Assembly (NCBI GenBank): GCA_963741095.1
Contig: CAVUGN010000001.1
Location: 32,001-96,000 of the forward strand
From: an uncultured Candidatus Micrarchaeota archaeon
GTDB lineage: Archaea > Micrarchaeota > Micrarchaeia > Micrarchaeales > Micrarchaeaceae
DNA length: 64,000 nucleotides
Reading direction: 5' to 3'
In this document: in pieces, positions 47,689-57,931 of the stretch
Layout of the letters: each line of letters starts with the position of its first letter
Numbering within the stretch: position 1 is the first letter of the stretch
Made by a program: the position numbers and the translations under genes
The notes under the pieces: generated by a model
Told to the model about the DNA's origin: nothing
Seen by the model: only the letters and a program-made list of their open reading frames with translations
Databases searched by the model: none

Positions 47689-48078
47689 ATGACGACCGTC
47701 AAAAGCGCGGACATAGCAATCGGATTGCCGGTGATGAGGGAGACCATAAACGTCTCCGTTCTCAGGTCCGACCTTGATGCAGTGATGGCAAAGTCGCCGA
47801 ATTGCAATAGGATGGATGTCATACGAAGCCTGATCGGTATCACCGGAGACATAGTGAAGGCCGAGATCAATTCCAAGCAGGTGGTGTTCAGCAGCACGAG
47901 CATCGAGGAGTTTGCTCTTAAGGACAAACTGGATGCCACACTGCGGATAGATTACATGACCAGAAGGTACGGCAAGTCGGAAACGCGCGAAGCTCTTACT
48001 GAACTGATAAACGGCATGATAGCCGAGAATAGACCGGTCGCAATGCGGAACGGCAACGAATTTGCACTGCGAAGGTAG
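47689..48078 (+). CDS. Hypothetical protein
   Basis: ORF from MTTVKSAD with GAGG upstream. No recognised motif. Confidence 0.5.
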   Translation: MTTVKSADIAIGLPVMRETINVSVLRSDLDAVMAKSPNCNRMDVIRSLIGITGDIVKAEINSKQVVFSSTSIEEFALKDKLDATLRIDYMTRRYGKSETREALTELINGMIAENRPVAMRNGNEFALRR

Positions 48079-48124
48079 TCTGAAGAATTTAAAAACTTCC
48101 CTGTCATATATGGGTGGTGTCATT

Positions 48125-49039
48125 ATGTCCAAGAAGATTCCAACTCAATACGTTTGGCTCGACAACAAGATGGTAAAGGCGGAGGATGCGAAGGTGCCGA
48201 TAATGACCCATTCGCTGCAGTACGGCAGCGGCATCTTCGAGGGGATAAGGGCGTATGAGACCGACAACGGGGTCGCAGTCTTCAGGCTCAACGAGCACGT
48301 GCGCAGGTTCATGAACAGCATGAAGATACACGCGATGAACTGTGGGTACACTGAAAGGCAGATCAAGGAGGCCATCCTTGACGTCATAAGGAAGGACGGG
48401 GTGGGCGCATGCTACATAAGGCCTTTCGCGTTCTACAACGATGACAATATAGGTTTGAGCACCTCGGGCAAAAAGGTCAGCGTCTTCGTGGCCGCAAGGC
48501 CCTTCGGAAAATACTTCGCAAAGCAGACAGGCATCAGGTGCAAAGTATCGTCATGGAACAGGATAAATTCTAGCATACTGCCGGTCGAGGCCAAGGCGAG
48601 CGGCAACTACATCAATTCGATAATCGCGAGCATGGAGGCGAAGAGGATGGGCTTCGACGAGGCGATACTTCTTTCGCAGAACGGTTATGTCGCAGAGGGG
48701 CCTGGAGAGAACATCTTCCTTGTAAGGGACAACGTTCTTCTGACTCCGGACAAGGGATCGGACATACTCCGTGGGATAACGCGCGACAGCCTGATAAAAT
48801 TAGCTGAAAGCATGGGCATAGAGGTGCAGGAGAGGCAGGTGCACCGTGAGGAATTGTACACTGCTGACGAGCTGTTCTTCTCGGGTACGGCCGCAGAGCT
48901 GACCTCGATAACCGAGGTTGACGGCATAAAGGTAGGATCGGGTGTTGTCGGACCGATAACCAAGATGCTTGCACAGGCCTTCGATGACGTTGTTCATGGA
49001 AGAAACAAGGACTTCAGCGGCTGGCTGACTCAGGTATAA
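48125..49039 (+). CDS. ilvE: Branched-chain amino acid aminotransferase
   Basis: LQYGSGIFEGIRAY, YIRP, AKASGNY, EGPGENIF, ILRGITR and GTAAE. Confidence 0.95.
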   Translation: MSKKIPTQYVWLDNKMVKAEDAKVPIMTHSLQYGSGIFEGIRAYETDNGVAVFRLNEHVRRFMNSMKIHAMNCGYTERQIKEAILDVIRKDGVGACYIRPFAFYNDDNIGLSTSGKKVSVFVAARPFGKYFAKQTGIRCKVSSWNRINSSILPVEAKASGNYINSIIASMEAKRMGFDEAILLSQNGYVAEGPGENIFLVRDNVLLTPDKGSDILRGITRDSLIKLAESMGIEVQERQVHREELYTADELFFSGTAAELTSITEVDGIKVGSGVVGPITKMLAQAFDDVVHGRNKDFSGWLTQV

Positions 49040-49077
49040 ATTCTTATTTTGGCAAATCATAATCGTAGGCGCATTGT

Positions 49078-50286
49078 ATGGCAAAGATAGGTTCAGCTAA
49101 GATAAGGAAGATAATCGATTCCCGAGGCAACGCGACAGTCGAAGTCGACATTTTTGTTGACGAAAAGTTCATGGGAAGAGCAGCCGCACCTGCGGGAGCG
49201 AGCAAGGGCGCGTTTGAGGTCAAGGACTACCCGAAAGAGGGGATAGATTTCGGGATAAAGCAGTTCAAGTCCGTTGCGATACCGAAGATTGTCGGCAGCG
49301 ACCCTCTCGACCAGAAAGGCTTCGACAGGTTGCTTCATGAGATCGATGGCAGCGAGGATTTTGCGATTATGGGCGGCAATATAGCGATCGCCACGTCGCT
49401 GGCTGTTGCGAAGGCAGCAGCGAAATCGGAGGGCATGGAGCTGTACAGGATGATGCTGAAGAAGGGGAAGGCAAAGATGCCTTATCCGGTCGGGAACATA
49501 ATAGGCGGAGGGAAGCACGCGATAAACGGTACGACGATGCAGGAATTCCTTTCGGTTGCATTCGGCAAGACTTATTCCGACTCTGCGTTCGCCAACATCG
49601 TCGTCCACAAAAGGACAGGGGAGCTGCTGAAGAAGCGCTTCGTTGAATATCCGATAGGCCTCGGCGACGAGAAGGCGTGGGTGGCGGCACTTGGCGACAT
49701 GGAAGCTGTGCAGATGCTCTCCGATGCGATAAGTTTTGCGAGCGAGAAGACAGGAATCACTATGGGTCCCGCAATAGACCTTGCCGCTTCGTCGTTCTTT
49801 TCTGACGGTATGTATGAGTACAAAGGCAGGAAGCTCACGACTCCGGAGCAGATTGATTTCATTTCGGGCATCGTCGAGAAGTTCTCGGTGAGGATACTTG
49901 AGGACCCGCTTGATGAGAATGATTTCGAGGGCTTCGCAGAACTGACGAAGAGGGTCGGGAAGAGGACGATAATAGTCGGGGACGATCTCTTTGTCACGAA
50001 CAAGAAGAGGCTCATGCAGGGGATAAGGATGGGCGCTGCGAACGGGGTGCTGATAAAGCCCAACCAGATCGGGACGCTCAGCGACATGATTGAGACCGTT
50101 GAGATGGCGAAGAAGAACAATTATCAGACGGTCATATCGCACAGGAGCGGAGAAACGGAAGATTCAACGATAGCGCACCTTGCCGTCGGCCTGGGCATCG
50201 GATACATAAAGACGGGCACGATAGGAGGTGAGCGAACCGCCAAGCACAACGAGCTGATAAGAATAGAGGAAGCGGAGAGCGCCTGA
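49078..50286 (+). CDS. eno: Enolase
   Basis: DSRGNATVEV, GASKG, EDP, VGDDLFVTN, LIKPNQIGT and SHRSGET. Confidence 0.97.
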   Translation: MAKIGSAKIRKIIDSRGNATVEVDIFVDEKFMGRAAAPAGASKGAFEVKDYPKEGIDFGIKQFKSVAIPKIVGSDPLDQKGFDRLLHEIDGSEDFAIMGGNIAIATSLAVAKAAAKSEGMELYRMMLKKGKAKMPYPVGNIIGGGKHAINGTTMQEFLSVAFGKTYSDSAFANIVVHKRTGELLKKRFVEYPIGLGDEKAWVAALGDMEAVQMLSDAISFASEKTGITMGPAIDLAASSFFSDGMYEYKGRKLTTPEQIDFISGIVEKFSVRILEDPLDENDFEGFAELTKRVGKRTIIVGDDLFVTNKKRLMQGIRMGAANGVLIKPNQIGTLSDMIETVEMAKKNNYQTVISHRSGETEDSTIAHLAVGLGIGYIKTGTIGGERTAKHNELIRIEEAESA

Positions 50287-50288
50287 GC

Positions 50289-50849
50289 TCACACGTCGTA
50301 TTCGTACACTTTTGCAGGGACGTGCTCGAACGAGCACATCTCTTCTATGCTCATCTTCTCGAAGTACCTTCTTATCGGCCTGAGCGAGTTCCCGTGCGCC
50401 GAGATGAAGACAACATCGTCCTTCTTCAGCGTTGGAAGCACATCCTTCAGGAAGGATAACACCCTCTTCTCGACGTCCTTTATGCTCTCTCCCCCTGGTG
50501 GCCTGACATCGTAGGACCGGTGCCACAGAGCGTACTCTTTCGGGTGTTCCTTCTCCGCCTTGACCTTGCTCGTACCGTTAAGGTCGCCATAGTTGCGCTC
50601 CTTTAGCCGCGGGTCTATCATTATCGGGATCTTGTCCTTCCTATCGCCGAGAACCAAGTATAAGGTGTGCTGCGCCCTCTTCAAATCGGAGGTGTAGGCC
50701 TTTGTGGGCACAACGTTCTTCAGTTTTTCGGCTATCTGCTTGCACTCCTTTATTCCGTCTTCCGTGAGGTCCGGATCCCTCCAGCCGCAGAATATCTTGT
50801 CGCGATTGTCGGTTGTCTGGCCGTGCCTGAATAGAAATATCTTTGCCAT
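50289..50849 (-). CDS. gpmA: 2,3-BPG-dependent phosphoglycerate mutase (histidine phosphatase family)
   Basis: FRHGQT, FCGWRD, ERNYGDL, RSYDVRPPGGES and AHGNSLR. Confidence 0.85.
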   Translation of the reverse strand: MAKIFLFRHGQTTDNRDKIFCGWRDPDLTEDGIKECKQIAEKLKNVVPTKAYTSDLKRAQHTLYLVLGDRKDKIPIMIDPRLKERNYGDLNGTSKVKAEKEHPKEYALWHRSYDVRPPGGESIKDVEKRVLSFLKDVLPTLKKDDVVFISAHGNSLRPIRRYFEKMSIEEMCSFEHVPAKVYEYDV

Positions 50850-50872
50850 TCGATCGCCTTGGATATGGACGT

Positions 50873-51238
50873 TTAGAGCAGCTTCATTCCTCTGGTGAAC
50901 TGGTTTATCTCAGAGCTTCTCCAGGGGCCGACACCCAGCGCGGTCTTCGTGCCCGGAGGCACCTCGGTAAGCCCCGCATCGGTCACGAGCGCCGCGGGTA
51001 TCTTCTTGAACTTGAATGCGGCGTAGAACTTCTTGAGGGCTTCTTCGTCGCTCACCTTAAGCACAATCTTCTTCTCGCCCTCCTCGAGCCATTGCTTCAC
51101 CAGATTCTTGTCCATCTTCTCGGCTTCGAAGTAGCTCATAAGCGAGGCGTGGGCGCCCTGGGCCACCAATTTTCCGCGGCTCATGTCGAGGTCGCTCCTG
51201 ATTATTATTACCTGCTTTATCTCGTCTTCAATCTGCAT
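50873..51238 (-). CDS. pth2: Peptidyl-tRNA hydrolase Pth2
   Basis: KQVIIIRSDLDMSRGKLVAQGAHA and DAGLTEVPPGT. Confidence 0.95.
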   Translation of the reverse strand: MQIEDEIKQVIIIRSDLDMSRGKLVAQGAHASLMSYFEAEKMDKNLVKQWLEEGEKKIVLKVSDEEALKKFYAAFKFKKIPAALVTDAGLTEVPPGTKTALGVGPWRSSEINQFTRGMKLL

Positions 51239-51283
51239 AGAATAGCAATGGCAGCCATCCTTTTTATTCCTTGCCAAAGGTGG

Positions 51284-51925
51284 TCATACGGATTTCTGTT
51301 TCTGGCCCTGCATTGAGTTGGTGCCGGATTGCGCGAAATTGCGCGCGAGCGAGATCGCCTCGTTCCAGTCGTTCATGCGGTGCACCCTTGGATTCGCGGA
51401 TATGAGCCTGCTGCCCATGCCGTTGTAGTTCTCCCGCACTATGCCCACCTCGATGTTCTTGTACGATGCGGCTCTCTGGGCCACCGCGGGATCGTCTTCG
51501 AAGAGTAGCTTCCTTCCTCTGGACATTGCGTCGAGTACGCCGCCCTTGTCCTTTGGATTTCCTACGTAGATCGCCTCCACCATGATGCCCTGCTGGGCAA
51601 CTTCATGCTCGAACGCACCTAGGTCTATCCTTGAATTTGAGGTCAGCAGCACAAGTTTCGCATTGAAGCCCTTCGCCACATTGAATATCTCGAGCGCCTC
51701 GATTCTAGGGGCCATTTCGGTGTGGAGATGACCCAATACGAAGCGCGAGAAGGCTTTGGTTTTGAGGATCTGGTATTCCAATTCCTTGACCACATCGAAG
51801 GACATTACCCGCATTGGAAGGTTTGCTTTTCCTTCCGAACGGAGGAGCGCTCTCAGCCCGATTTTTACGTCGTCGACGAAAACGCCGTCGTAATCCTCGG
51901 CTACGATGATATTTTCTGAAATCAT
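51284..51925 (-). CDS. HAD-like hypothetical protein
   Basis: EDYDGVFVD (motif I), LLTS, K and FEDD (motif IV). Confidence 0.55.
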   Translation of the reverse strand: MISENIIVAEDYDGVFVDDVKIGLRALLRSEGKANLPMRVMSFDVVKELEYQILKTKAFSRFVLGHLHTEMAPRIEALEIFNVAKGFNAKLVLLTSNSRIDLGAFEHEVAQQGIMVEAIYVGNPKDKGGVLDAMSRGRKLLFEDDPAVAQRAASYKNIEVGIVRENYNGMGSRLISANPRVHRMNDWNEAISLARNFAQSGTNSMQGQKQKSV

Positions 51926-52068
51926 GCATCCATCCGGTGTAGAATTGAATCGACCGTTCTGTATTTAAATGACGGTATGGGGTTAGTCATGTGACGAACA
52001 TGGAAAGAGTGCTCGGTGAATGAAAGCAATATATTAAAGAAGTGCGTAATTTATCTGTAGGTGCTCTC

Positions 52069-53217
52069 GTGCTCGACATCAAATCCCTTGGGGTGGTAAG
52101 AAGCCTGCTGAAGGGCTACTACGAGAGAGCATCGGGCCTGGCGCCAGTGAGCGTGGAGAAGAGGGAGTTCGGCTTCGGCGACTACGAGAGGAAGATAGCC
52201 TACCGCCATTACGCGTTCAAGAGCGAAAAAGACTTGAAGGATTACCTTATCAGGAATGTCCCGCCGTTCGTCTCATATTCGTCGGCGATCTACGAGAAGC
52301 CGGACGGGCGTCCGATGGAAAACAAGAAGCTCATCGGCTCGGACCTCGTCTTCGACCTTGACGCCAACGATCTTGGGCTTGCGTGCAGGAACGAGCACGG
52401 CAACTCCTGGGTGTGCGACAAGTGCCTCGACGGCATAAAGGACGAGACCATAGCGCTGATCGAGAACTTCCTGATTCCTGACTTCGGCTTTTCGCTCAAC
52501 AACATAAGCATAAACTTCAGCGGCAACCGCGGCTACCATGTCCACGTCGTGAACGACAAGGTCTTCAACCTCGATTCGAACGCCAGGACGCAGATATCGG
52601 ATTACATAACAGGCAAGGGCATAGACCTCAACGCCTTCTTCCCTGCGCTCGGCAAGAGGGGTGTGAGGCTTGACGGCCCGAAACCGACAGACCTTGGCTG
52701 GGGGGGCAAGTTCGCCAACGGGATAATAAGCGCGCTGAACAACGGCAAGAGCAGCCTGCTTGAACTGGGCATCGACCAGAAGTCGGCCAACATACTGGTG
52801 AGGAAGAGCCCGGAGATAATATTCGGGATAACGACGGGCAACTGGGACAAGGTGAGCATACCCAAGAAGGCGGAATTCTGGAGCAACGTGCTGAAGAGCA
52901 TCGCGATAAAACAGAGCGAATCGATAGACAGGGGAGTCGTGAACGACGTTTACCACCTGATAAGGCTTCCGGGCACCATACATGGGGATACCGGATTGGC
53001 TGCGATGAAGGTCGAATCGCTGAAGGCGCTAGAAGGCTTCGACCCGATGACAAAAGCGATAGCGTTCAAGGAAGGGACAGTGAAGGTGAAGACGCTCAAG
53101 GTGCCGAAGTTCGAGATGAACGGCGCAGAGTACGGGCCGTTCGATGGCAACGAGGTGGAACTGCCCATTTATGCCGGAGTCTACATCGTACTGAAAAGGC
53201 TTGGATCTGTGGTGTAG
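52069..53217 (+). CDS. priS: DNA primase catalytic (small) subunit
   Basis: REFGF, LVFDLDA, FSGNRGYH, Zn motif C..H....C..C and LIRLPGTIHG. Confidence 0.95.
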   Translation: MLDIKSLGVVRSLLKGYYERASGLAPVSVEKREFGFGDYERKIAYRHYAFKSEKDLKDYLIRNVPPFVSYSSAIYEKPDGRPMENKKLIGSDLVFDLDANDLGLACRNEHGNSWVCDKCLDGIKDETIALIENFLIPDFGFSLNNISINFSGNRGYHVHVVNDKVFNLDSNARTQISDYITGKGIDLNAFFPALGKRGVRLDGPKPTDLGWGGKFANGIISALNNGKSSLLELGIDQKSANILVRKSPEIIFGITTGNWDKVSIPKKAEFWSNVLKSIAIKQSESIDRGVVNDVYHLIRLPGTIHGDTGLAAMKVESLKALEGFDPMTKAIAFKEGTVKVKTLKVPKFEMNGAEYGPFDGNEVELPIYAGVYIVLKRLGSVV

Positions 53218-53235
53218 AATGCCTGTTTGCACGAA

Positions 53236-53730
53236 CTACAGGATGTTCCCTCTTAGAGCTGGGATGTACCCGTGTTTCTTTGACTCTGAGGCGTCCTTGG
53301 GCTCAGCCTCAGTTCGCATCGGGATTGTGAAGACCCTTGCGGCAACCTCGCAGCCGAACGTCCTGACTATCTCCTCGACCATGTCGTCGACAGCCTTTTG
53401 AAGGACGACGTGCTCGGCGGAATTTTTGCCGTACTTGAGGGCCATGCTTGCGTCCACTGCGATGTATTCAAATTTGTCCGGCTGATGGTATCCATAGAAT
53501 TCGAGCATGACATCGTACCTGTTCTTGGCGTTCAGGCCCTTTGAGGCTATCTTGCTGACGTATATCTCGATATCATTGAGGCACACCTTGGTCTTGTCGT
53601 AGGCTTTTTCGTCCGAAGCCGCTGGCAGTTTTATCACGGCCTTTTCGCTCAGGATATTGTTCGAGGTTACGCATGAGCGCGTCACTTCCAGTGAAGCCTT
53701 TGCCGTATTGTTGATTGTTGCTTGGGTCAT
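53236..53730 (-). CDS. Hypothetical protein (paralog of 53814-54260)
   Basis: N-terminus MTQATINNTAKASLEVTRS...EKAVIKLP shared with the neighbour. Confidence 0.65.
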   Translation of the reverse strand: MTQATINNTAKASLEVTRSCVTSNNILSEKAVIKLPAASDEKAYDKTKVCLNDIEIYVSKIASKGLNAKNRYDVMLEFYGYHQPDKFEYIAVDASMALKYGKNSAEHVVLQKAVDDMVEEIVRTFGCEVAARVFTIPMRTEAEPKDASESKKHGYIPALRGNIL

Positions 53731-53813
53731 TCAATCGCGAATTCCATCTGATTTATTAGATAGTTATACCTTCTGATTGCCTTCGACTCTCGTCGTTTTC
53801 CGGGCATTTTGGG

Positions 53814-54260
53814 TTACCATCCGCCCTCGCTGTAGCGGAGCAGATACCCATAATCCGATGGGTGAAAGGCATCTCTGTGCTTGACGACTATCTTGCGGAT
53901 CTCTTCCGCAATCTCATCGACAACTTTTACCAATTGAGGTCGCTTGGCCTCGTTCTTTTCGTCCTTGTTCAGGTAAAATGCGATTAGTTCAAACTCGATC
54001 AGCTTGTATTCGGCTTTCGAGGGGTCTTTTGAGACATTGGTGGAGCGCCATATTGGCACAATGCCATAGCTGTCCTTTGCATCTAATCCTATGTACGCTG
54101 CTTTTTTGGCGTATGCCATGATCCTGTTGCATCCCGTTTCATCAAAATAAGAGGGCAGGGTTATCGTGGCTTTTTCGCCAACCAGGGTTGGCGTGGTGTC
54201 TGGCGAACGGATCACTTCCACGGCTATTCTTGCGTTTGAGTTAATTGTTGCTACTGCCAT
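53814..54260 (-). CDS. Hypothetical protein (paralog of 53236-53730)
   Basis: MAVATINSNARIAVEVIRS...EKATITLP, GLDAKDSY and VDEIAEEI. Confidence 0.65.
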   Translation of the reverse strand: MAVATINSNARIAVEVIRSPDTTPTLVGEKATITLPSYFDETGCNRIMAYAKKAAYIGLDAKDSYGIVPIWRSTNVSKDPSKAEYKLIEFELIAFYLNKDEKNEAKRPQLVKVVDEIAEEIRKIVVKHRDAFHPSDYGYLLRYSEGGW

Positions 54261-54390
54261 TCAATCGCGATTTCATGAGATTTATCAGATATTTATGCGT
54301 TCTCTTGGATTTTTTCACAGGTTAGTGCCGTTAAAACCATCGCATAGAGAAGGTTTTTATCTGTTCCCGCAGCTATTAATACTGGTATAG

Positions 54391-55611
54391 ATGGCAGAGA
54401 GAATTCTTGTCCTGGCAGTAGACTCGGACAACGATTTGTACAGGAAGACCAGGATCACTGGCCCGGTCACCGGCAGGGCCGACAACCTGATGGCAGCCGG
54501 CAAGCTGGCGCTCGCAGATCCGCAGGACACCGACGCTAACGCGATGTTCGAAGCGGTGAGGAAGTACGACGAGCTGAAGAAGGATGGTTACTCGGTCTCG
54601 ATAGCCACGATAACCGGAGCCGAGAAGGAGGGCTATGTGGCAGATGCGGAGCTTGCAAGGCAGATAGAGCTCATGGTGGAGAGGTTCAAGAGCGACGCCT
54701 GCGTGCTCGTGACTGACGGCAAGAGCGATGCGCGGGTCCTGCCGTTGCTGCAGACGAGGCTGAAGGTCAACAGCGTGGACATGGTCAGGATGAAGCAGGC
54801 AGAGACGCTTGAGAACACTTATTTCACGATTTTCGAAAAGTTGAAGGAGCCGCACTACGCAAGGATATTCTTCGGGATACCCGCGGTGCTCTTGATACTG
54901 TTCGCGGCCAGCTACTACTTCGGCCTGGGCTGGCAGCTTCCTGTCGCGTTGATAGGAGTGTATCTGATAATAAAGGGCTTCGGCATCGAGGATTCGCTCT
55001 TCGGCTCGTTCAAGGGCCTGGGCTTCAGCATGGACCGGCTGAGCTTTATATTCTACATAAGCGCCATCCTTCTGTTCGTGATAAGCCTCATAGTCAGCTA
55101 TGGCAGCTACGTCAGCGCGTTGTCCGTCACGCATGACCAGCTGACACTGGCAGCCTATGCGATAGAGGGCTTCCTCATACTGATACCGTTCTGCCTTGCG
55201 CTTTACCTCATAGGCAGGGTAATGGACCTTGAGAACAAGAGAATGAGGTACATGGCAATCGCCCGCGGCACCTATGTTGGATACATGGTCATGGTCGTGG
55301 CGCTGCTGTACCTGTCGGCCGCCTGGCTGATCGGGCAGATATACTTCTGGCAGCTGCTGGCCTACGGCGCGATTGTCCTGGTGTTCGGCTACTGCATATC
55401 GATATTCACATCGTTCCTCAGGAAGAGGGTCATAAGCAGGGCGAAGGTCAAGGACAAGAAGGTCATAAACGACACCGGAGCCTACGTGGGCAAGGTCACC
55501 AAAGTCGACCCGACGCTCGGGTTCATATTCGTCAAGACGGATTACGGCAACGTGATAAGGTACGACATAGACCGGATAACCAACGTCTCGGACAGGGTTA
55601 TAATAAAGTGA
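54391..55611 (+). CDS. DUF373-family membrane protein with C-terminal PRC-barrel-like domain
   Basis: LVLAVDSDNDL, LALADPQDTDANAMF, VTDGKSD and KQAETLENTY, then TM helices and 'KKVINDTGAYVGKV'. Confidence 0.8.
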   Translation: MAERILVLAVDSDNDLYRKTRITGPVTGRADNLMAAGKLALADPQDTDANAMFEAVRKYDELKKDGYSVSIATITGAEKEGYVADAELARQIELMVERFKSDACVLVTDGKSDARVLPLLQTRLKVNSVDMVRMKQAETLENTYFTIFEKLKEPHYARIFFGIPAVLLILFAASYYFGLGWQLPVALIGVYLIIKGFGIEDSLFGSFKGLGFSMDRLSFIFYISAILLFVISLIVSYGSYVSALSVTHDQLTLAAYAIEGFLILIPFCLALYLIGRVMDLENKRMRYMAIARGTYVGYMVMVVALLYLSAAWLIGQIYFWQLLAYGAIVLVFGYCISIFTSFLRKRVISRAKVKDKKVINDTGAYVGKVTKVDPTLGFIFVKTDYGNVIRYDIDRITNVSDRVIIK

Positions 55612-55733
55612 TGGCACTAATCCATGAATGCATTGGATAGGCGGAAGGCGCGTTTTCCTTCGGAATGTGTGCCCCGATGCGGTGCTGCTGTGCGGTTGTC
55701 GCGTATTTGCACCAAAAAGAAAGGTTTAAATTT

Positions 55734-56036
55734 ATGCGAGGATATAATAATAAAAACATAGTTCTGCATGAACTCGTCGGCCTGGACGCGAAAGTGACGG
55801 GCAGCCACGACAGAACGCAGATAGGAACTAAAGGAAAGGTAATAAGAGAGACGAAGAATCTTTTATTTCTTGACGACAAAGGCACAATAAAGAGGGTTGT
55901 GAAGAAAGTATCAACTTTCAAGTTCAGCGAAGGAAAGAACAGTTATGTCGTCAATGGCGAAGAGATAAACTTCAGATCTTTTGAGCGCATCGAAAAGGCG
56001 TTCAAATTTTACAGAAGGAGAAAATTGATCCAATAG
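55734..56036 (+). CDS. rnp1: Ribonuclease P protein component 1 (Rpp29)
   Basis: HELVGLDAKV and GKVIRETKN. Canonical position before uS17. Confidence 0.9.
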   Translation: MRGYNNKNIVLHELVGLDAKVTGSHDRTQIGTKGKVIRETKNLLFLDDKGTIKRVVKKVSTFKFSEGKNSYVVNGEEINFRSFERIEKAFKFYRRRKLIQ

Positions 56037-56043
56037 TGAAGTC

Positions 56044-56340
56044 ATGGAATGCAAAGACCCAAAATGCCCGGTGCATGGAAACCTGAAGACCCACAGGAAC
56101 GAGATAACTGGAACGGTAGTCAGCGACAAGTCCAAGAAGACCGTGATAGTCGAGCACCCTTACACGATATTCCTTCACAAGTACGAGCGTTCATTGAGGA
56201 GGCATTCGAGGATAGCCGCTTACAATCCTGACTGCATGGCAGCGAAGGTCGGCGATTCAGTGATAATATCAGGCACCAGGAGGCTCAGCAAGACCAAGTC
56301 CTTCGTGGTGACTAAGGTTCTAGAGAGGCGCAGCGCATGA
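56044..56340 (+). CDS. rps17: 30S ribosomal protein uS17
   Basis: CKDPKCPVHG, KYER and RRLSKTKSFVV. Confidence 0.96.
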   Translation: MECKDPKCPVHGNLKTHRNEITGTVVSDKSKKTVIVEHPYTIFLHKYERSLRRHSRIAAYNPDCMAAKVGDSVIISGTRRLSKTKSFVVTKVLERRSA

Positions 56341-56738
56341 AGGGCTTATCAACAAAAATATCGAAGGGCCTTATTCCGGGCTCCGTGCTCACCTGCGCGG
56401 ACAACAGCGGAGCGAAGACATTGATGATCATAGGCAAGATGGGGAGAAGCACCGGAAGGAAGGGAAGGTACCCGAAGACCGGAGTGGGCGACCTCGTGAT
56501 GGCGAGCGTCAAGTCCGGAACCCCGCAGTACAGGAAGAAGAAGGTCCGGGTCGTGATAATAAGGCAGAGGCAGCCGATGAGGAGACCGAACGGCATGCGC
56601 ATCAGGTTCGAGGACAACGCGGGCATACTTGTGACCGATTCTAACCTCGCCGTGGGCACCGAAGTCAAGGGAGCCATGGCAAGAGAGGTCATCGAAAGGT
56701 ACATAAAGCTGGCCGGCATAGCAGAGAGGGTTGTTTAA
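56337..56738 (+). CDS. rpl14: 50S ribosomal protein uL14
   Basis: CADNSGAK, RFEDNA and EVKGAMARE. Confidence 0.96.
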   Translation: MKGLSTKISKGLIPGSVLTCADNSGAKTLMIIGKMGRSTGRKGRYPKTGVGDLVMASVKSGTPQYRKKKVRVVIIRQRQPMRRPNGMRIRFEDNAGILVTDSNLAVGTEVKGAMAREVIERYIKLAGIAERVV

Positions 56739-56740
56739 TT

Positions 56741-57235
56741 ATGGAGAGCAGCAAGCCGAGAAAACAGAGATACTTCAGGTTCAATGCAGCGATGCACCTG
56801 AGGCAGCACTTCGTCCACGCCCATGTGGACAAGGAGCTGCGCACGAGGCTCGGATTGAAGAAGAGGGCCGTGCAGATATCGAAGGGAGACACGGTCAAGA
56901 TAATGAGCGGCAGCAAGAGGGGCACGACCGGAAAGGTCTCAAGGGTCAATCTCAGAACGGGCAGGATATATTTGGATTCGCTCATGAAGAAGAACGCGAA
57001 GGGCAAGGAGTTCGGCATCGGGATAAGCGCCAACAACGTCTACATAACCGCGCTTAACTTGAATGACAAGATCAGGGCCGCGAAGCTCAACCTCAAGCAA
57101 CAGATGGAGGCGAAACCGATAAAGGGAGTCCCGATCGAGGCTGCGGAGTTCCATCCGGCAGCGACCGAAGCGGCAAAGGCGCCGCACGTTCATGCAGAGA
57201 AGAAAGTAGAAAGCAGTGTTGTTCAAAAGAGTTGA
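56741..57235 (+). CDS. rpl24: 50S ribosomal protein uL24 with C-terminal extension
   Basis: SSKPRKQR, KGDTVKIMSG and ISANNV. Confidence 0.93.
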   Translation: MESSKPRKQRYFRFNAAMHLRQHFVHAHVDKELRTRLGLKKRAVQISKGDTVKIMSGSKRGTTGKVSRVNLRTGRIYLDSLMKKNAKGKEFGIGISANNVYITALNLNDKIRAAKLNLKQQMEAKPIKGVPIEAAEFHPAATEAAKAPHVHAEKKVESSVVQKS

Positions 57236-57241
57236 TGATTT

Positions 57242-57931
57242 ATGGGAAAGAAAGGAAACGTTAGACACTTCAAAAGCCTCAGTGCGCCGATGTTCCTGGG
57301 CATACGCAGGAAGGGCAGCGTTTACGTGACGAAGCCGAACGGGGGGAGGCACACGCTCGACAAATCGATATCGCTCGTGATGCTGGTCAAGAGGCTGGAC
57401 ATCGCGCCCGCAAACAACACCGAGACTGAGCGCATCATACGAAGAGGACTTATACTCGTCAACAACAAGGTGATAAGGGAGCCGAGCTACCCGGTCGGAC
57501 TGAACGACATAATCGAGGTCGCCAACGAGAAGAAGTACTACAGGATAGCGGTGAACGACCGGGCAAGGATAGAGATAGTCGGGATACAGAAGCCGGACTA
57601 CGACTCGATGCTCTACAAGGTCACGGGCAAGTACAAGGCGAAGAAGGAATCCATAATGCTTAGGCTGCATGACGGCAGCATCGTAAAGGGCATCAAGGGA
57701 GTCGATGTGAACGACTCCGTGATAGTCAACTCGAAGGGAGAGGTGGCGAAGGTGCTCAAGCTCGAGAAGGGCGCGAAGTGCATAGTCATCGACGGGGTCC
57801 ACGCGGGGACTTCGGGCAAGATAACAAACATAACCGAGGGGAGCCTGCACATAAGGCACTCTGCGACGATACAGCAGAAGGACGGAAAAGAGATAATCAC
57901 GATAGTAAAGAACATGATGGTAATGGAGTGA
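57242..57931 (+). CDS. rps4e: 30S ribosomal protein eS4
   Basis: HFKSLSAP, YPVGLNDII, LHDG and GVHAG. Confidence 0.95.
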   Translation: MGKKGNVRHFKSLSAPMFLGIRRKGSVYVTKPNGGRHTLDKSISLVMLVKRLDIAPANNTETERIIRRGLILVNNKVIREPSYPVGLNDIIEVANEKKYYRIAVNDRARIEIVGIQKPDYDSMLYKVTGKYKAKKESIMLRLHDGSIVKGIKGVDVNDSVIVNSKGEVAKVLKLEKGAKCIVIDGVHAGTSGKITNITEGSLHIRHSATIQQKDGKEIITIVKNMMVME

